Part shown: positions 61,601 through 64,000 of the stretch, in pieces | Numbering within the stretch: the stretch's first letter is position 1 | How the letters are laid out: each line of letters starts with the position of its first letter | Program-made: the position numbers and the translations under genes | The notes under the pieces: generated by a model | The model's input: only the letters and a program-made list of their open reading frames with translations | What the model was told of the DNA's origin: nothing | Database searches by the model: none | Assembly (NCBI GenBank): GCA_964016885.1 | Contig: OZ024759.1 | Span: forward strand, 6,138,001-6,202,000 | Direction of reading: 5' to 3' | Source of the DNA: Eledone cirrhosa | Taxonomy: Eukaryota | Length of the DNA: 64,000 nucleotides

Positions 61601-62920
61601 TAAACATTTAGTACAAAACAACACTATGACTACATCACATTAAATATTACAGTCTTTACTGTAATACTGTAAATATTCACAACAATCTGTCCACCAGTAA
61701 AGATACTATAAACATTTAGTACAAAACAACACTATGACTACATCACAAAGTCTTTACTGTAATACTGTAAATATTCAAAATAATCTGTCTACCAGTAAAG
61801 ATACTATAAACATTTAGTACAAAACAACACTATGACTACATCACATTAAATATTAAAGTCTTTACTGTAATACTGTAAATGTTCACAACAATCTGTCCAC
61901 TAGTAAAGATACTATAAACGTTTAGTACAAAACAACACTATGACTACATCACATTAAATATTAAAGTCTTTACTGTAATACTGTAAATGTTCACAACAAT
62001 CTGTCCACTAGTAAAGATACTATAAACGTTTAGTACAAAACAACACTATGACTATATCACATTAAATATTAAAGTCTTTACTGTAATACTGTAAATATTC
62101 ACAACAATCTGTCCACCAGTAAAGATACTATAAACATTTAGTACAAAACAACACTATGACTACATCACATTAAATATTAAAGTCTTTACTGTAATACTGT
62201 AAATGTTCACAACAATCTGTCCACTAGTAAAGATACTATAAACGTTTAGTACAAAACAAAACTATGACTACATCACATTAAATATTAAAGTCTTTACTGT
62301 AATACTGTAAATATTCACAACAATCTGTCCACCAGTTAAGATACTATAAACATTTAGTACAAAACAACACTATGACTACATCACATTAAATATTAAAGTA
62401 TTTACTGTAATACTGTAAATATTCACAACAATCTGTCCACCAGTAAAGATACTATAAACATTTAGTACAAAACAACACTTTGACTACATCACATTAAATA
62501 TTACAGTCTTTATTGTAATACTGTAAATATTCACAACAATCTGTCCACCAGTAAAGATACTATAAACATTTAGTACAAAACACTATGACTACATCACATT
62601 AAATATTAAAGTCTTTACTGTAATACTGTAAATATTCACAACAATCTGTCCACCAGTAAAGATACTATAAACATTTAGTACAAAAGAATACTATGACTAC
62701 ATCACATTAAATATTAAAGTCTTTACTGTAATACTGTAAATGTTCACAACAATTTGTCTACCAGTAAAGATACTATCAACATTTAGTACAAAACAACACT
62801 ATGACTACATCACATTAAATATTAAAGTCTTTACTGTAATACTATAAATATTCACAACAATCTGTCTACTAGTAAAGATACTATAAACATTTAGTACAAA
62901 ACAATACTATGACTACATCA
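52661..62920 (+). repeat. HOR type B, copy 3 (10260 bp) with a restructured distal part
   Basis: A-type head, then B markers TTGAAT (57786) and CCGTAAA (58783), with the same 997-bp spacing as 19884/20881. Departs from the other B copies at about 59940-61500 and rejoins before CAAAATA (61776). TCCGCTAG at 53341 and 63601. Confidence 0.82.
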
Positions 62921-64000
62921 CATTAAATATTAAAGTCTTTACTGTAATACTGTAAATATTCACAACAATCTGTCCACCAGTAAAGATACTATAAACATTT
63001 AGTACAAAACAACACTATGACTACATCACAAAGTCTTTACTGTAATACTGTAAATATTCACAATAATCTGTATACCAGTAAAGATACTATAAACATTTAG
63101 TACAAAACAACACTATGACTACATCACATTAAATATTAAAGTCTTTACTGTAATACTGTAAATGTTCACAACAATCTGTCCACTAGTAAAGATACTATAA
63201 ACGTTTAGTACAAAACAACACTATGACTACATCACATTAAATATTAAAGTCTTTACTGTAATACTGTAAATATTCACAACAATCTGTCCACCAGTAAAGA
63301 TACTATAAACATTTAGTACAAAACAACACTATGACTACATCACAAAGTCTTTACTGTAATACTGTAAATATTCACAATAATCTGTCTACCAGTAAAGATA
63401 CTATAAACATTTAGTACAAAACAACACTATGACTACATCACATTAAATATGAAAGTCTTTACTGTAATACTGTAAATGTTCACAACAATCTGTCCACTAG
63501 TAAAGATACTATAAACGTTTAGTACAAAACAACACTATGACTACATCACATTAAATATTAAAGTCTTTACTGTAATACTGTAAATGTTCACAACAATCTG
63601 TCCGCTAGTAAAGATACTATAAACGTTTAGTACAAAACAACACTATGACTATATCACATTAAATATTAAAGTCTTTACTGTAATACTGTAAATATTCACA
63701 ACAATCTGTCCACCAGTAAAGATGCTATAAACATTTAGTACAAAACAACACTATGACTACATCACATTAAATATTAAAGTCTTTACTGTAATACTGTAAA
63801 TGTTCACAACAATCTGTCCACTAGTAAAGATACTATAAACGTTTAGTACAAAACAAAACTATGACTACATCACATTAAATATTAAAGTCTTTACTGTAAT
63901 ACTGTAAATATTCACAACAATCTGTCCACCAGTTAAGATACTATAAACATTTAGTACAAAACAACACTATGACTACATCACATTAAATATTAAAGTATTT
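62921..64000 (+). repeat. Start of another A/B-type HOR head (truncated by the window end)
   Basis: TGTATACC (~63070), TATGAAAG (~63450), TCCGCTAG (63601) and GATGCT (63721) occur in the same order as in 1-800. Confidence 0.85.

Larger units (their letters stand above)
1..64000 (+). repeat. Tandem satellite array, 108-bp AT-rich monomer, about 600 head-to-tail copies, running off both window ends
   Basis: The consensus recurs every 108 bp (e.g. starts at 7381 and 7489), usually with only a few substitutions per copy. Recurrent 10-, 3- and 2-bp deletions shorten some copies. Consensus composition is A47 T32 C21 G8. No inversion or foreign insert seen. Confidence 0.99.

Noticed and set aside
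1-64000. CRISPR-like array (inverted repeat around a 33-nt interval, regular period)
   Set aside because: There are no unique spacers: the whole 108 bp is repeated. No leader or cas genes are present.
1-64000. Repeat-protein CDS (108 bp = 36 codons)
   Set aside because: The consensus has stops in all three plus frames (TAA at 4, 11, 33) and all three minus frames (plus-strand TTA/CTA at 3, 10, 95). Frame-breaking 10- and 2-bp deletions are also frequent.
1-64000. Variant pattern as an information-storing code or programmed diversification system
   Set aside because: The order of variants is explained by nested duplication, deletion and recombination. No enzyme gene or template is present.

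Overview
The whole 64-kb window is one uninterrupted, single-orientation tandem array of about 600 copies of an AT-rich (about 27% GC) 108-bp satellite monomer. Consensus: CATTAAATATTAAAGTCTTTACTGTAATACTGTAAATATTCACAACAATCTGTCCACCAGTAAAGATACTATAAACATTTAGTACAAAACAACACTATGACTACATCA. I found no gene, RNA gene, CRISPR array, transposon or unique sequence; all six reading frames of the consensus contain stops. Rare SNPs and indels reveal large, nested higher-order repeats (HORs): a 68-70-mer of about 7.3-7.5 kb, a 79-mer of about 8.46 kb, and 36-mer and 24-mer units. Several recombination junctions can be mapped to within tens of bases. The monomer carries a 9-bp inverted repeat and traces of an ancestral ~36-bp trimer. 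The pattern resembles eukaryotic (peri)centromeric satellite DNA, but function and organism cannot be determined from the sequence. I found no support for a novel coding or defence system; the interest lies in array architecture. All counts were made by eye.
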